Source of the DNA: the human T2T-CHM13v2.0 reference genome, Homo sapiens
Reading direction: 5' to 3' (one strand)
Assembly: GCF_009914755.1 (NCBI RefSeq)
Contig: NC_060926.1
DNA length: 64,000 nt
Shown here: positions 11,900 to 24,861 of the stretch, piece after piece
How positions within the stretch are numbered: the first letter of the stretch is position 1
How the letters are laid out: each line of letters starts with the position of its first letter
Notes under the pieces: model-generated
The model's input: the letters and a program-made list of their open reading frames with translations, nothing else
The model's database searches: none
Told to the model about the DNA's origin: nothing
Program-made: the position numbers and the translations under genes

Positions 11900-13330
11900 T
11901 CCTTATCGCACCAGGAAATCTTTGAATTCAGATTTCTAATATCAGATGACAATGAATCCGGGTTCATGTTTAAAACAAATATCTCTTACTATGGGCCGTT
12001 TTCATGAACTTGGGGCTTGGAAAGGCTGCAGACACTGTTGGCAGGCAAAGACCATGAAGAAGGTGAGTGGGTGAGGGCCAGGCCGAGGCTCCCAACACAG
12101 CCTGTGGGCAGACGGACGTAAAGCTAGGAAGGCTCCAGTTTATGTAGCGGAAAGTACATATCCATCCCTCCCCCAAACACAATAAGCTGACATCCATTTC
12201 CTAAGGGCTGCTGAGTTCTGCCAAGCAGCAAATAAATCACCCACAACACCAGCGACGGGACAGGGAAGGAATCTGAAACCGCAGGCGCAGTGGCCTTGGT
12301 GCCAGGAGACATCGCTGTCTGCCGCGGGCAGGGGACTCCATGCCATGAACACCCCTGCCAGCTGGGGCTGGGCTCTGCAGAGGTCTTGCCCAGGTAGGGG
12401 CCCTTGCATAGCCCCTCGGAGCTGCCCCGCCAGAGTGAGGCACAGAGGCAGGGGCAGAGTGCAGGGTCTCGGTTGACACCTGCCATCATCAGGGTTTGGA
12501 CAGACAGCATGCCGGGTCATCGCCAGGCCGGCCAGAAGATGCATTTGATTACTGGTCACCGCAACACTGTCCATGTCACTCCAAGAGACCCAGTCAACGG
12601 TGGAGGGTGAGCATGGTAAATGGCCTTTTGCAATCACTTGCTCCGGCCATCTCAGACACAAAACCCAGAGTCAGCATCTTCCCATGACACCCTGGCCCTG
12701 GCATTCGCAGTGAGGCAGCAGATGTTACAATCCAGTTAGAGATGGCCTTGGTGGTCTCACTCAATTCAGGTCCCGCCCAAAGATAGCCTGGAGCAGAACT
12801 GCCCCCTCCAGGAAGGGAGCTGAGCCATCGGCCTCTGAGGGACTGAGAGCAGGGGGCCAGGGCTCCCTGCCACCTGGGCTTCCTGGGTCATATCGCTGGG
12901 TCCCTCAGGGTCACAGCAGCAGAGGTAGGATGACAAAAACCCCTCTGCAGCTGCCTTCAGACAGAGGCCAGAGCTCAGAGCTCACCACCCCTGCCCCCAC
13001 ACCCATCCAGGAGTCTCAGGTGGAAGCTGTTCTCGCTCACTTGACAGGTGTTGGGAGGCTCAGATTCCCCTGCAGGTGGAAAAGTGCTTTTTCAGTCTCC
13101 AGCCCCACCTGTGAGCACTGACCTCATCAGCATTTCCCGGTGCTATAAATAGACCTGAAACACAATGAAGGGATCCAGTTTAGCGAAAACGGCCGTGGAC
13201 CTTATGTCACCTGAAAAATGCTTTGGTAGGGCAAATGCTGTTCTGAACTCTGTCCACTTTATAAGTGTGGACGCCGCCATGACCCTCTCCTAGAGCGCAC
13301 ATTTGAAGAGTGGGTCCAGAAAAATAGATC

Positions 13331-13589
13331 CAGATTGCCTGCTGGATCTAAATTTTAGACACATTTTGACTGGCTGAGCATTATTTTTTAGAGTGTAGAT
13401 AGTACATATTTAATAATCTAGAAATCCTGGTTTCTCTTGATAAACAAGAAGGTCTGGCCACAAAGGGCTCAGTGTTCCCCAGGACAATAAGCTGGGTTCA
13501 CACGACTCTTAGGTGCTCTTTGGGTGGGGACTGTGTACTGCTAGTCCCTGCCGACTGGGCCACATCCAGTTGTTGACACCAATTGGCCA
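13331..13589 (-). repeat. Left arm of long inverted repeat (MER103C-like, inverted copy)
   Basis: Aligns to the reverse complement of 13946-14198 at roughly 90% by eye, with a ~10-bp indel. Confidence 0.9.
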
Positions 13590-13945
13590 TACCATTTTCG
13601 TCAACATCCCCTGAGAAGTGGTTGTGAGCCTGCAGGACTTAGTTAACTGCAGGTGTAAAATGGGACATGAACTCCTGGAACTACCTTTTTCATAAAAATA
13701 TATTATTAAGGTATAAGTTTTCACAGTTTCTAAAAACAGCTGATCTTTTGTGGCTGTAAAGTAGGACCCACACAACTACATATGACTTCATGTTATTGAT
13801 TAAATCTATGAGAGATTGATCACAAACATTCAACTGCATTAATCTATATTAGAAATTTGAGAACTACGCCCTCCCCAAGCAGTTTTCAGAACCTGGCTGC
13901 CCCCATACCAAAGGGCCCAGATCATAATGTCTGCAGTGAGGGGCT

Positions 13946-14198
13946 TGGCCAACTGGTGTCAACAATTGGATGTGGCCCAGTCAGCAGGGACTGGCAGTAC
14001 ACAGTCCCCACCCAAAGAGCCGTGTGAACCCAGCTTATTGTCCTGGGGAACATTGAACCTAATGTGGCCAGCTCTTCTGGTTTATCAAGAGAAACCAGGA
14101 TTTCTAGATTATTGAATGTATTAAATCAATCTGAACTCTAAAAAATAATGCTCAGTCAGTCAAAATGTGTCTAAAATTTAGTTCCAGCAGGCAATCTG
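13946..14198 (+). repeat. Right arm of long inverted repeat (MER103C-like hAT-Charlie MITE)
   Basis: TGTGGCCAGCTCTTCTGGTTTATCAAGAGAAACCAGGATTTCTAGATT resembles MER103C (family call tentative); inverted match to the left arm is direct. Confidence 0.85.
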
Positions 14199-14609
14199 CC
14201 TGTCTGTGACTCTATAGAAATCATACAACCAAGACCCCTAGGCTTCCTGCTGCATCCTGCACCCTGGTCCCCTGAGGGAGCTTCATGCTGACTGTCCCCT
14301 CCTCTCTTACTCTGTGGCTTATTCCCCTGTACACTTTCCAGAACCCCATGAACCTGCACGGATCAGACAATCTCCAGATTGTCTTCTCCAGATGGTCAGG
14401 AGGGACAGAAGGATCAAACCATCCCTGACTGCTGGGGAATTCACAGGCTGCCTCCAGAAACAACGATACCTGGGTCTTCTAGAAGTAGTCAAGAGAATGT
14501 CATTTCACAAATGCAGGGTAAACCAAAAATACTGCTTTGTTAGTGTAATTGGTAGGAGTGAGAGAGCAACATTTTTCCTATTGAATAATGTCATTTGCAG
14601 GGCTCAAGG

Positions 14610-14850
14610 AAATCACAGTCAGAGTGTGAGCCCTGCAGTTGGACTGTCTGAGTTTAAAGCTCCTCCATGAAGCTTACTAGTTATATGAACAAATCTGTGT
14701 CTCAAGTTTATTTACCAATAAAATGGAGACAATATTAATATTTATCATATCATTGTTAGGAGGACAAATTGGCACATGTCAAGTTTTTAGAACACTGTCT
14801 GTCAATGAAACCCTCAATCAAGTTTGTTTACCATAATCATTATTGTTATT
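14610..14850 (+). mobile_element. MIR
   Basis: TCTGTGTCTCAAGTTTATTTACCAATAAAATGGAGACAATA...TTTAGAACACTGTCTG. Confidence 0.6.
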
Positions 14851-15339
14851 TCTAGACACCACTCCTCCTTTGCAAGTCCCCAGGAGTACCCAGGGACAAC
14901 AGCAAAGGAACATTTCATTTGCTGGGTTCTGGTTTCATCTGCCCAGCTGCAGGGCATACTGGTGAAAGGACTTGTGCCAACCTAGCATCCTGGCTCATAC
15001 CACATCTCAAACTGGGTCATGACATCTTACCCCATCTCACAGGGAAAGTGAGGGGCAGGTAATCAAAGGGAGACGAGTGTCCCAGAGCCCACCAAAAGAA
15101 AGCCTGGAGAGGTAGCCCTGAGTATCCCCCTCCCACTGCAGAAAACAGTGACCCCATGGTCCCACTGCACAGACCCAGGAATGGGTCTTTTTCCCCCAAA
15201 ATGTCCTCTGCACAGTTCCATGCTACTGTCCTGGTCCAGACTGACAATGCAGGGAGGGGACAGGAGACAGTTGGCAGCTAAGGAGGGAGCACCACCAGCC
15301 TCAGGTGCACGGAGCTGAAAACCTGCCCACCAGAACCAC

Positions 15340-15738
15340 CCCCCAGTCAGTCACCAAGCCCCTCAAGCCACATTTTCCAGCCCTGAGCATTGGAGTGGTC
15401 ATGTGACTCATTCTAGCCATTGGAGTATGAGCAGAGGTCATGACCACCATACCAAGCCTGGCCCATAGTCACCTCTCTCTCCACCAAAGCATCTCTTCTC
15501 CATCCTCCCTCCTCCTTTCCTCCCTCCTCCTCTCCTCCTTCCACTGCTGGCTGGATGTCCATGCTCAGGGAGACCTCGGAAGCCAGGGGTTCAAGACGGC
15601 AGCATCTACATCTGTGCCTGGAGCTCGGCCACCACTGACTGGACTTCATGGGAGCAAGAATCACATCTCATTGCGTTGAGCGGTTGAGGTTTCTAGGTTT
15701 ATCTATCACAGCAGCTTGCATCCCACTGTCTGGTAGAG
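15340..15738 (+). mobile_element. MaLR LTR, MLT1I/J-like
   Basis: GGTCATGTGACTCATTCTAGCCATTGGAGTATGAGCAGAGG; GGGAGCAAGAATCACATCTCATTGCGTTGAG...TATCACAGCAGC. Confidence 0.65.
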
Positions 15739-15816
15739 CAGGGCTGCCTCTGTCCTGCAGGTACATCCCCAACTGCCCCAACCTTGTGTGGAGTCGGCTT
15801 AATATCCCAGTGCTGA

Positions 15817-16020
15817 GCCCAGTGGTGAAGGGTGTGGACTTCAGGGTTGGACTGGCTGCATCCAACCCCACTCTGCCACTGCTACTCTGTGCCTTAGTTT
15901 TCCTGTCTGTAAAATGAGGATCAGAGTATTTCCTCCTTGCATAACAGTCATTGGAAGGATGAAATGAGTTAAACCCTGCAATGTGTTTACGGCTGTGTGG
16001 GGCCAGTAGTAAGTGCTAGG
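15817..16020 (+). mobile_element. MIR
   Basis: CTCTGTGCCTTAGTTTTCCTGTCTGTAAAATGAGGAT...GGATGAAATGAGTTAA...TAGTAAGTGCT. Confidence 0.8.
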
Positions 16021-17068
16021 CAGGGCCTTCCTGACAGCATATTTCATTTGTAGAGACGAGAAGCCTCCGCACCAGCCATAGCTGTCACCATGACACAGTC
16101 TCGGTTCTTTATGTTTCCCATTAGTAATTTCCCTCACTCAAGGCCCATTTGCTCAACTTAACAGGAAGTGTCCACTGAGCTGGGAGGTCATTGCTGGCCC
16201 AGCCCTGCCAGGCTACAGCGTGGGCTCCACCCCTGCCAAGACTCCTACCTTTAAGTTCAGATATTGATCAAAGATGTAGCCTCTGCATTGAGGCAGCTGC
16301 CAGCTCCAGCCCGAGCCACAGGCTCATCAGACAAGAGGATCCCTACCCTACTGGTGAGGTCCTTTAGGGCCCTTAGACACCTTTTCTGTCAAGACATCAA
16401 GCCAGAGTTATCACAGGCGATCAGAGAAGATGAAAAACTATTAAACATGGAGCAAAGGAGGCTGGGGTCTCAACTTGCCTCCCAGGGCTATAGGGACAGT
16501 GGTTTCTAGCAGGCATCAGAGCTTCCCTTTGTAACAGGTGTTTCCTCGCCCTAAGCGTGAATGGCTGACAGGAGCCATCCACGCTTTCAGGTTAAAGTCA
16601 AGGACACATCTCCCGATGGATGCTCCATACAGCCCTGACCCGGGAGTCTGGCAGACTGTGTTTGCATTAATGCCTCTTCCAGGACCCCCGGGACAGGAAG
16701 AGGCGCTGGCATGGAAGGAGGGCATGACTGTCACAGAGTCTCCAACGGGGAAGTCCTTGCAGGAATTTAAAATGAGGGCCTTGCCTGGAGAAGGGGCCAG
16801 GCTGAAAGCAAGACTTGGAGTCCTCAAAGGAACAATGATGCCTGAAGCTCCAAGTGTAGGCTTGTTTGCTGTGGGCATCCGAAGGCTCCTGCAGCAGAGC
16901 TGGGCTGTGACCCCAGGGCTGAGCCAGGATGCTGTCACAGGTGGGATGGTGTCGAGGGGGGACAGGGCTAAGACTCTGTCCCTAAGGCTTGCACATGAAT
17001 GGCCCGATGGTGTTGAAGGTTGGCTAGCCGATGCAGACCTTGGCTTTCTTGTCCAGCCTAAGTAATCA

Positions 17069-17475
17069 GTGTTAGTTTCCTGGGGCCAGTATAGATAAGT
17101 ACCACAAACCAGGGAGTCTTTAAAACAGTAGAAATGGATTTCTTTACAGTTCTGGGGGACACAAGGCAGAAATGAAGGTATCTCCAAGGTTAGTTCTTCC
17201 AGAAGCTCTGGGGGACCTGTGCCATGCCTCTCTCTCTGGCTCCTGGTGGCTGCTGATATTCCCTGGTTTGTGGACACATTGCCCCGGTCTCTGCCCCCAT
17301 GTCACATCTGTGTCTGTGTCCCTCTTGTCCTTATGAGGACACTGGTTATTAGATTCAGGACCCACCTGAAATCTAGGAGGACTCGATCTCAAGATCCTTA
17401 ACTAATTACATCTGCAAAGACCCTGTTTCCAAATAAGGTCACATTCTGAGGTGCTAGGAGGACATGATTTTGGGA
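17069..17475 (-). mobile_element. MaLR LTR, MLT1B/C-like
   Basis: TTAGTTTCCTGGGGC...TACCACAAACC, CTTATGAGGACACTGGTTATT, TTACATCTGCAAAGACCCTGTTTCCAAATAAGGTCACATTC. Confidence 0.9.
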
Positions 17476-19279
17476 TCTAGGAGGTGAACAGAATACTGTT
17501 CACCTCGCTAGTGACTTGGGGTCCTCAGGAGAGATTCTAGGCTGCTGCAGAAGTTTGGCACAATGAAGGTGCTGGCTTTGGAAGATTAGTTCTGTCGTAG
17601 TGGGGAGCCAAGGTTGGGATGGATGGGTCACCCGTGGAACTGGAAGCAGGGAGAGAAGAGGAGGCTGGGTGTGAGGTGCCAGAGACTGACCCAACATAGA
17701 AGCAGAGGGAAGGGGGAGGAGGAAACCTCCCAGAGGGCAGGAGGCTGTGCCTGGGACCCTTGGAACACCAGAGCCAAGACCAGTGAGTCTTGGGTTTTGG
17801 GTGTGCCACGCACAGAACCGGATGGGAAAACGGGGAAAGTTGGAAGCCAGCGTGAGCTCTGATGTGGGCGAGAAAAGAAGGGAAAGGTGACAGAACAAGG
17901 AACAGAGGGTGAGACCTGCGTTCTGGGTCCAGAGCTGATATTCCTACTATTTCAGTTTTCTCAGCTGTTCATGAAGGGAGGCGTCCCCGTTCCTTCTACC
18001 TCCATCTCCCAAGAAGCACCTGAATGCTGTCATCCAGCTGCCCTGAAAAGAGAGGACCCCTCTTCGGAAGCTCCCAGCCCAAGAAAAGAGACTGGGTTTC
18101 CTGCATGAGCAGAAGGGAAAACCTGCTTTTGGAAGAGCTGTTGGACCCGTCAGCCACATGACTCTGAAGCCGTGTTGCCCTTTGGAGGCAGCGGGAAGGA
18201 CGTGACACGGAGGCTCCCTGGAACGTGTGTAGGTGCAGAGCCACACCAGCTTCTCTGACAGCACGCTAAAACTGTGCAGAACAGACTCATCTGTCTCATT
18301 TCTTGACCCAAAACCACAAAGCCCATCTTGAAATAGACACTGTGTGAATAAAGCCAGAAAGTCGAATTCCCAGGAGAGTGTGCATTTCCTTGAGCCGCCG
18401 TCACGGGGACAGCACGGAGAACCCGTTGCTGCTCCATAAACAGCACGTGGCTCCCATTACCCTTTGATTCCTACACAAAAAGATTATGAGAAAGCGCTGG
18501 TATGTGGGAAATGGCAGCTTTCTAGATCTCGAACATTAGCCTTGTTAATTTTTCAGAAATGCACGGGGGGCTGTGACAATGGGGAAGCGACCGCAGATAT
18601 GCTTTACTGCAGCTCAGCTCTTCCCCAGTTTTAAATGCCACCAGAGCCTCAGCCTTCATGTTTATCGCAGACCACGGCTCTTTCATCATAGGAGGGCATT
18701 TTTCTTTATTGCACTGTGGTTGACACGTTTGCGTGCAGCTTGATTTAAATGTCCTAGTAAAATCCTAAAAGATGAGACAAAAAATCAGGGCAGGCAGCCG
18801 AGGTGAGGCCCCTGGTATCAGCTGGGTTATAGTGCCATGGTTTTAAGGGGGCCCTGGATCCATTTCCCTTCAGTCCAGCCTTCCCTGAGCTGGAATGCTC
18901 AGCGACATGAATTGGCCACAGTAGCAGAGGTGGCAGGGGTGCCTGCTGACTTCCCCAGGAGCCGGCAGACAGCCCAGAGGCCCCACGCCTGCCGCTGCCC
19001 CATCCCATCATGACCTTCCTGTTATTCTTATGCCTTCAGAGTTTGGAAAGAATAAAATTGCTGTGAGATTCACTTACATAAGAGACAATACCCTGTCAGT
19101 CCTTGGTTCTAGCAGGGAGAACGAGACACCCAGGGCACAAAGGAAAGACGGTGAATCACAGAGCCACCACCCGAGGCCAGTGGGACCAGGCGCCCACCCA
19201 GGGAGGGATCCCGCGGGGTCAGGACCGCCAGCGAGCAGTGGGCTGCAGCCCAGAGTCCGGCTCAAGCCTTCCTTGCTGA

Positions 19280-19680
19280 GTGACGTGGGGTCTCATTTCT
19301 TCTCAAGAGAATTCAGTTCCTCTCCTCTGTTACCACGTTTTCCATTTCATTGTCTTTCCATCTGACTTTCTGGAAGATTTCGTCAACTTTCTCCACCAAG
19401 ACTTCTACCGCAGCTGGCTGTTGTTCTGTCTCAGTCTTGGCAAGCGCATCTTTCCAGGGGCTGTTCTTGCTCTCACCTGCGTCCTCGCACGGCACCCTGT
19501 TCTGGGTCCGGGAAGGCTCCACCCTCCTGTTCCACAGAGGATGGGAATTCTGGCTTTTTAAGGGTTTTCTTCCTGCTCCGTGTGTTGTGTTCATTTCCTG
19601 CAGGGTCAGCTATGTATTTTTCTGCCTCTCTTTCCTTTCTGTAGTGGATTTTCTCAAATACAGGCATGGACAACCCGGGA
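19280..19680 (-). mobile_element. Highly decayed L1M fragment
   Basis: T-rich antisense L1-like sequence (TTTTCCATTTCATTGTCTTTCC...TTTCTGGAAGATTTCGTCAACTTT). Confidence 0.4.
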
Positions 19681-20399
19681 TCACCGGGTATTTTGAAGAA
19701 TGAAGCAAAGGAAATGCCAGTTGGGGCACAGAGGGGACTGGTGAATGCCAGAAAGAGGACCTCGGGGACACCTTTGCTCGGGGACATCAACAGCCATACA
19801 TACGGGCTGCTTGGGGGTCTCCCTGTTCATTCCATAAATATCAATCTGCAGGCACAGCATCCTCAACGACGCATTTAATTTCTTTATGGAATAGCTGCCC
19901 CCTTCTTGTCTGGCTGGGGGAGATCAAAGTCTGACTGGTGGGAGTTCTGTGTCCCTGGGCAAGGGCAGGTTGGGGATGGAGACAAGTCTATGAGGAGCCG
20001 GGCTCAGCCCCCTCCCCAGCCCACGCTGCCCTGCCTGAGGCCACGCCTGCTTGCTGGGGGCTCCACATTGATTCCCTTTTGCTGTCTTGATGCCATGCGA
20101 GGTGAGGAGAGAAGCCTGGTGCCCCTAGCCCGGCTGCCTTCGTCAGCTTCCTCCTGGTCTCAGCTGTGCATCCAGAAGTCCTAGGGAGCGTTTTTGGTTC
20201 TCATTCAGGCCAGAGGAACTTCCGCCTGCACTCGGGAGAGGTGGGAGCAAACGGGAAGCATGCACTGGGTGGAAGAAGGTGGGTACGCCCGCCCACCCCG
20301 GCCCACCCTGGCCTGAGTCTCCTCTTGGGAGCTGAGACCCCCCCGCCCCATCCAGGGTCTGTGCCACCCCAGTGGGTGGGTGCTCTTCAAGCATTGCTA

Positions 20400-20590
20400 G
20401 GACTGAGGTTCAAATCCAAGCTAGGGTCCTGAGAGCATGGAACCCGGGGAATGCCAAGGCATCTCTGGGCCTCAGTTTCCTGAGTTTAAGTTGAGGTTGA
20501 GGACAGCAGTGAGAGGATGATGTGCTTGGAGGCCTTTCTGGGGTGTCCAGCTCTGAGCGAATACTTACTGAACAAATGAATGAGGGAGTA
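20400..20590 (+). mobile_element. MIR core followed by L2-type 3' tail
   Basis: CTCTGGGCCTCAGTTTCCTG; AATACTTACTGAACAAATGAATGA. Confidence 0.55.
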
Positions 20591-23274
20591 GCTCCTGTCG
20601 TGCTGCTGAGCTGGCCCAGGGTGAGCTTGGAGCAGTCCAGGTGCTTCTGTAGGTGGTTTCCATGCACTTCTGTGGATGGGTTTACACGGATTAAGTTCAA
20701 AACCTTCAAGGCAGCTAACAGATGCCCTAGATCTGCTGGGAGCCTGGGAAAGAGGAGGCTGCCTGGGCGACAAACATGAGCTTGACAGGCTTCGTGAGCC
20801 TTGAGGGGTGCCACGCTGGAACTGGGGCTGGCCCCAGAGAGCCACCATCGGCAGGGCTCAAGCTGCCCTGGGAGGGAAGCTATGACCTCGCCACTCCCAG
20901 GAGCGGAGCCCGGGCCCAGAGGAGAGCAGGAATTGCTCCTAAGGTCCCGGTGCCATGGAGGGAAGACCTGGATTTGGACTCAAGCCCCCTGGCCCCAGGG
21001 CCCAAGCTCCTACTGACTAGACTGGACAAGCAGCCCCACTTCCGCTCCAAACCCGGTGATCTGGGGCAAGCCATGCCCCTCCCGGGCCTCAGATTCCTGG
21101 TGCAGGAACAGGCAGGTGTGGGGCTGCTCCATCCTCATGGGACTGACAGCGGGATTCAGTGATCCTGGGGTTTGGTGCAGCACTCGGCACAAAGCAGGCT
21201 GTGATGGGTCACGCCTGCTGCCTAGGGGGTGACCTGAGAAGGCCTGGACCCTGCCTGGGCCCAGGAGTGGAGGTGAAACCCAGGCAGCTCCCCAGCCTCC
21301 CGCCAGCATCCCCTCGGGGCCTGGGAACAGCACTGCGAGCCGGCCGCACCTGTGCTGGAAATCGCCCTCAGGCTGCCGAGTAATTAGTTCCACGGTTGGA
21401 TGCAGGCCCGTGCTGTGACTTGAAGTCAGTCGGCGTGGAACACATTTCCCATGTCGAGGCTGGGCCTGACCACCCTTCTCACGGTAAAGGAGGAAGAAAA
21501 TTGCTTCTTTGATGGCATTTGTGATAGGCTGGAAAGCGCACAGTGGAGTGAGCCAGGAGGCGCTGGCCGGGTTCCCACACTGGCCGCCGTCAGCACCCAT
21601 CTTGGGAGGGAAAAAGGAGGGACCGCCTCGTGTCCCCACGTCCCTGTGCTCCAACCCCAGCCCTCCAACCCCTGTGGCATGGTGCTAGAAGGTCAGGGTG
21701 GTGGGGTCTTGATGTCCCAGGGGCAAGTTATCAAACCCGGCCTTTATGGCAGGCACTGAGGTGACAGGACAGGTGGAACCCTCACAGCGGACAGATGCAG
21801 GAGGGGGTGTCTCTGTGTGCCCGAGGGCCTGCATCCCTGTGCCCAAGGGACTCATCCACAGCACATGGTGTTGGGCTGAGTCTGTGCCATCTGCCTGGGG
21901 CTGTGCAGTGGGAGGTAGCAAAGGCGGGTTCCAACCAGGTCTACCCAACCCGCCCATCCCTTCTGGGGCCCAGCCACCAGGCCCTGCCCTGGCCACACAC
22001 AGCATCCATGTCAGCTGGGATCTTGGGGTGAAGACCCCCAGGAGGCAGCACCCCTGCCCCAGGCTTGCTTTCCTGGAACGGCTGAAGCTGACTCCTGTGG
22101 ATGATCTCAGCAACACCCCCAGACCTCACACCAAGCAGCCTGTGTGCTGCACCCACCCTTTCTTGGAGCCCTTCTCTGAGTTCATGCCGTCTTTAGGCCA
22201 AGTGCAGACAAGAGAAAAAGCTCATCGGCCTCGCACTGGCCAGTTCTGCTCGCGGCCTTGCCTCCTGGGTCCTTCTCTCTGACCTCTTCCTGGTGGTCTG
22301 GAGGCAGCAGCTAACTCCTTGTGCCCCTCACACAACCCCTCAGACACTGCTTCTGTGGCCCCCAGATCAGCTCCACCACAGGGTCGCCCACACCCCACCC
22401 CTGTCGATGCTGGAACAACAGATGCCCTGGACCACGTGTGGCCCTGTGTACCACAGGCGGGGGGTCTGGCCAGCAGAACGTGGGCGCCCATGGACAGAAT
22501 CCTCCCCTCCGCTCTGTGGCACTTCTCAGGGGACAGTCTCTCCCAGGAGGCTGAGCAACCCTTGTACTCACCGGGGCCCAGCTCCATCACCTGCCTGACT
22601 GTGGCTCCCTCCCTCCCTGCATCCCAGGCCTGCCCTCCTCTCTCAGAGTTAGCACCAAAGCCTGATGCTCAGGTTCAGCTTTCTGGAGGGCTCAGGCTTT
22701 CCCCCTTGACAGAGAGTCCAAATGCCAAGTAGCCCAGCAGAGGGGCTCTCTGGAATTAACACCAAGGCTTACAGCTTCTCCCATAGGGAAGGGAGTCCAC
22801 TCTCAGCTAATTCCAACCAAGTGGTAAGGAGGAGACGCCAGCGCCTGCAAAGACCCCTGAAAGGTGGTGGGTTCTGAGGCCACACTGGTGATGGGGAAGG
22901 GGGATCACCCGGAATAGTGAGCATGCTCACGTTTGCCTTTTCTCTCCCCACAGGAGCAGGGGCTGGGGCTCAGCTGTGGCCGGACACCCACCACGTGCCC
23001 ATGGGATGCTTCCAGGTCCCCTTCTAGACCAGCAGAAGCCCAGGACACCTGACCGCCACTGGACAAGCACATGGGGTGGGTGCCATGAGGCCAAGTGGGG
23101 GCCCAAGATCAGGGGGGTCCCTTGTCAAAAGCCAGGTGGACACCTTTCCAGACGTGTGTGTATGACAGGGTCGGGTCGGAGGCAATGACCATGGTAGGAT
23201 CACAAGGCAGGCATGGGGGTGATAGCCACTCACCCGAGAGTGTTGTCAGAAATAATCACGGCTATTAGGACGAT

Positions 23275-23365
23275 GTGTTAATTCAACACACAGCTTTGAG
23301 TGTCTGCTATGTGCGGGAAACCGACTGTTCTACGTGCTGGGGATAGAGCAGGGAAAAGACCTTTG
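23275..23365 (-). mobile_element. L2 3' fragment
   Basis: ATTCAACACACAGCTTTGAGTGTCTGCTATGTGC...CTGTTCTACGTGCTGGGGATAGAGCAG. Confidence 0.65.
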
Positions 23366-23579
23366 TGAAGCGGCTGGAACTGTGCTGAGAGTTTCACATG
23401 CACGAATTCTCCCAGTGCCCAGGTGAAGTGAGGCAGCGCTGGGTGCTGTCTTAGAGTGGACACACCAAGGCCTGGCAGGGTCCCTGTGACTGTGACGTGG
23501 CAGGACTCGGACCCCTGCCCAGATCTGCCTGTGTCCAAATCCCCTCTTTATCTCTTGGTTCTGCTGGAGATGCCTGTGG

Positions 23580-23940
23580 CCATCTTAGTTCTTTGGGCTG
23601 AAATGACAAAATACCAAAAACTGGGTGTGTTATTAACAACAAATATTTACTTCTCATGGTTCTGGAGGCTGGGAAGTCCAAGATCAAGCTGCCAACAGGC
23701 TGTATGTCTGCTGAGAGCTGCTTCTTGGTTCTTAGATGATGCCTTCTCCCTGTGTCCTCAAATGGTCAAGGGGCAAGGGAGATCTCTGTGGCTTCTTTTA
23801 TAAGGGCACTGATCCCATTCGGGATGGATCTGCCCCCATGACTTTATCACCTTCCCAAGGCCCCACATCCTAACAGAATCACATTGGGGATTAGGCTTGA
23901 ACACACGAATTTGGGGGACACAAACATTCAGGCCATTGCA
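23580..23940 (-). mobile_element. MaLR LTR, MLT1A/MLT1A0
   Basis: GGTTCTGGAGGCTGGGAAGTCCAAGATCAAG, TTTTATAAGGGCACTGATCCCATTC, GAATTTGGGGGACACAAACATTCAGGCCATTGCA. Confidence 0.9.
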
Positions 23941-24406
23941 GTTGCTTTTCCTAAGCCTCCAAAACATCCCTCCTCGCACTTTCTGGATGCCTGTCCTGGG
24001 TCAGGCTGGCAGAGGCTGTCGCTGGGCATCCCAAGGAGAAAAGCAAAGGGGCTGGTCATGGGGAGGGGGGTGTCCTGGGGTCAGAACAGCAGGAGGCACA
24101 CATGCACAGAACAGGTGGTCTGATCTGGAAGAATACCTCAAACACTTGCCTCTCTACTCCACACCTTTCAGACAATGATCACTAACATGCCCCCTTCAGA
24201 GATAGCACCAGCTCTTACATCTAAAGGAGGTACAGTGCTCAGGTGCGAGCAGGAAGGACCTCAGTCCTCCAGTGCGGATGCTGCTGCCCCTGCTGGGCAC
24301 TGGCCGAGCCAAACAGTTGGGCCATGACCCAAAGCCTCGTGGTCTGTGAGATGCCCAGTGGCAGGATGCTGCCATGCAGGGGAAACATAGGAAATAATAA
24401 GGAAAG

Positions 24407-24861
24407 TATATGTGCGTTGAATTGTGTCCCCCCAACAAAATAAGTTCAAATCCTTATCCCTAGTACCTGTGAATGTGACCTTATTTGGAAACAGGTTCTC
24501 TAAAGATGTTATCAAGTTGAGATAAGGTCATCCTGGAGTAGGGTGGGCCATAAATCCAATAGCATGGATATTTGCATATAGAGACAAGGAGAAAACACAC
24601 ACAGGAAAGAAATCCATGTAAAGATAAAGGCAGAAGTTAGAGGGGTCCATCTACAAGCCAAGGAACACCAAGGGCTGCTGCCATGGTAGGAGCCATAGAG
24701 GGGAGAAAGGAATGCACCCTCACAGCCTCCAGAAGAATCCAGCCCTGCTGACACCTCAGTCTCAGACTTCTGGCCTCATGAACTGTGAGAGATACAATTT
24801 CTGTTGTTTTACGTGCTCCAATTTGTGATAAGCTGTTAGGGCAGCTCTAGAAACAAATACA
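24407..24861 (+). mobile_element. MaLR LTR, MLT1C-like
   Basis: TTGAATTGTGTCCCCCCAA, GTACCTGTGAATGTGACCTTATTTGGAAA, CTACAAGCCAAGGAACACCAAGG, CTAGAAACAAATACA. Confidence 0.9.

Noticed and set aside
16516-17277. 253-aa ORF and overlapping 175-aa ORF
   Set aside because: Begins inside an MLT1 LTR; no homology I can recognise
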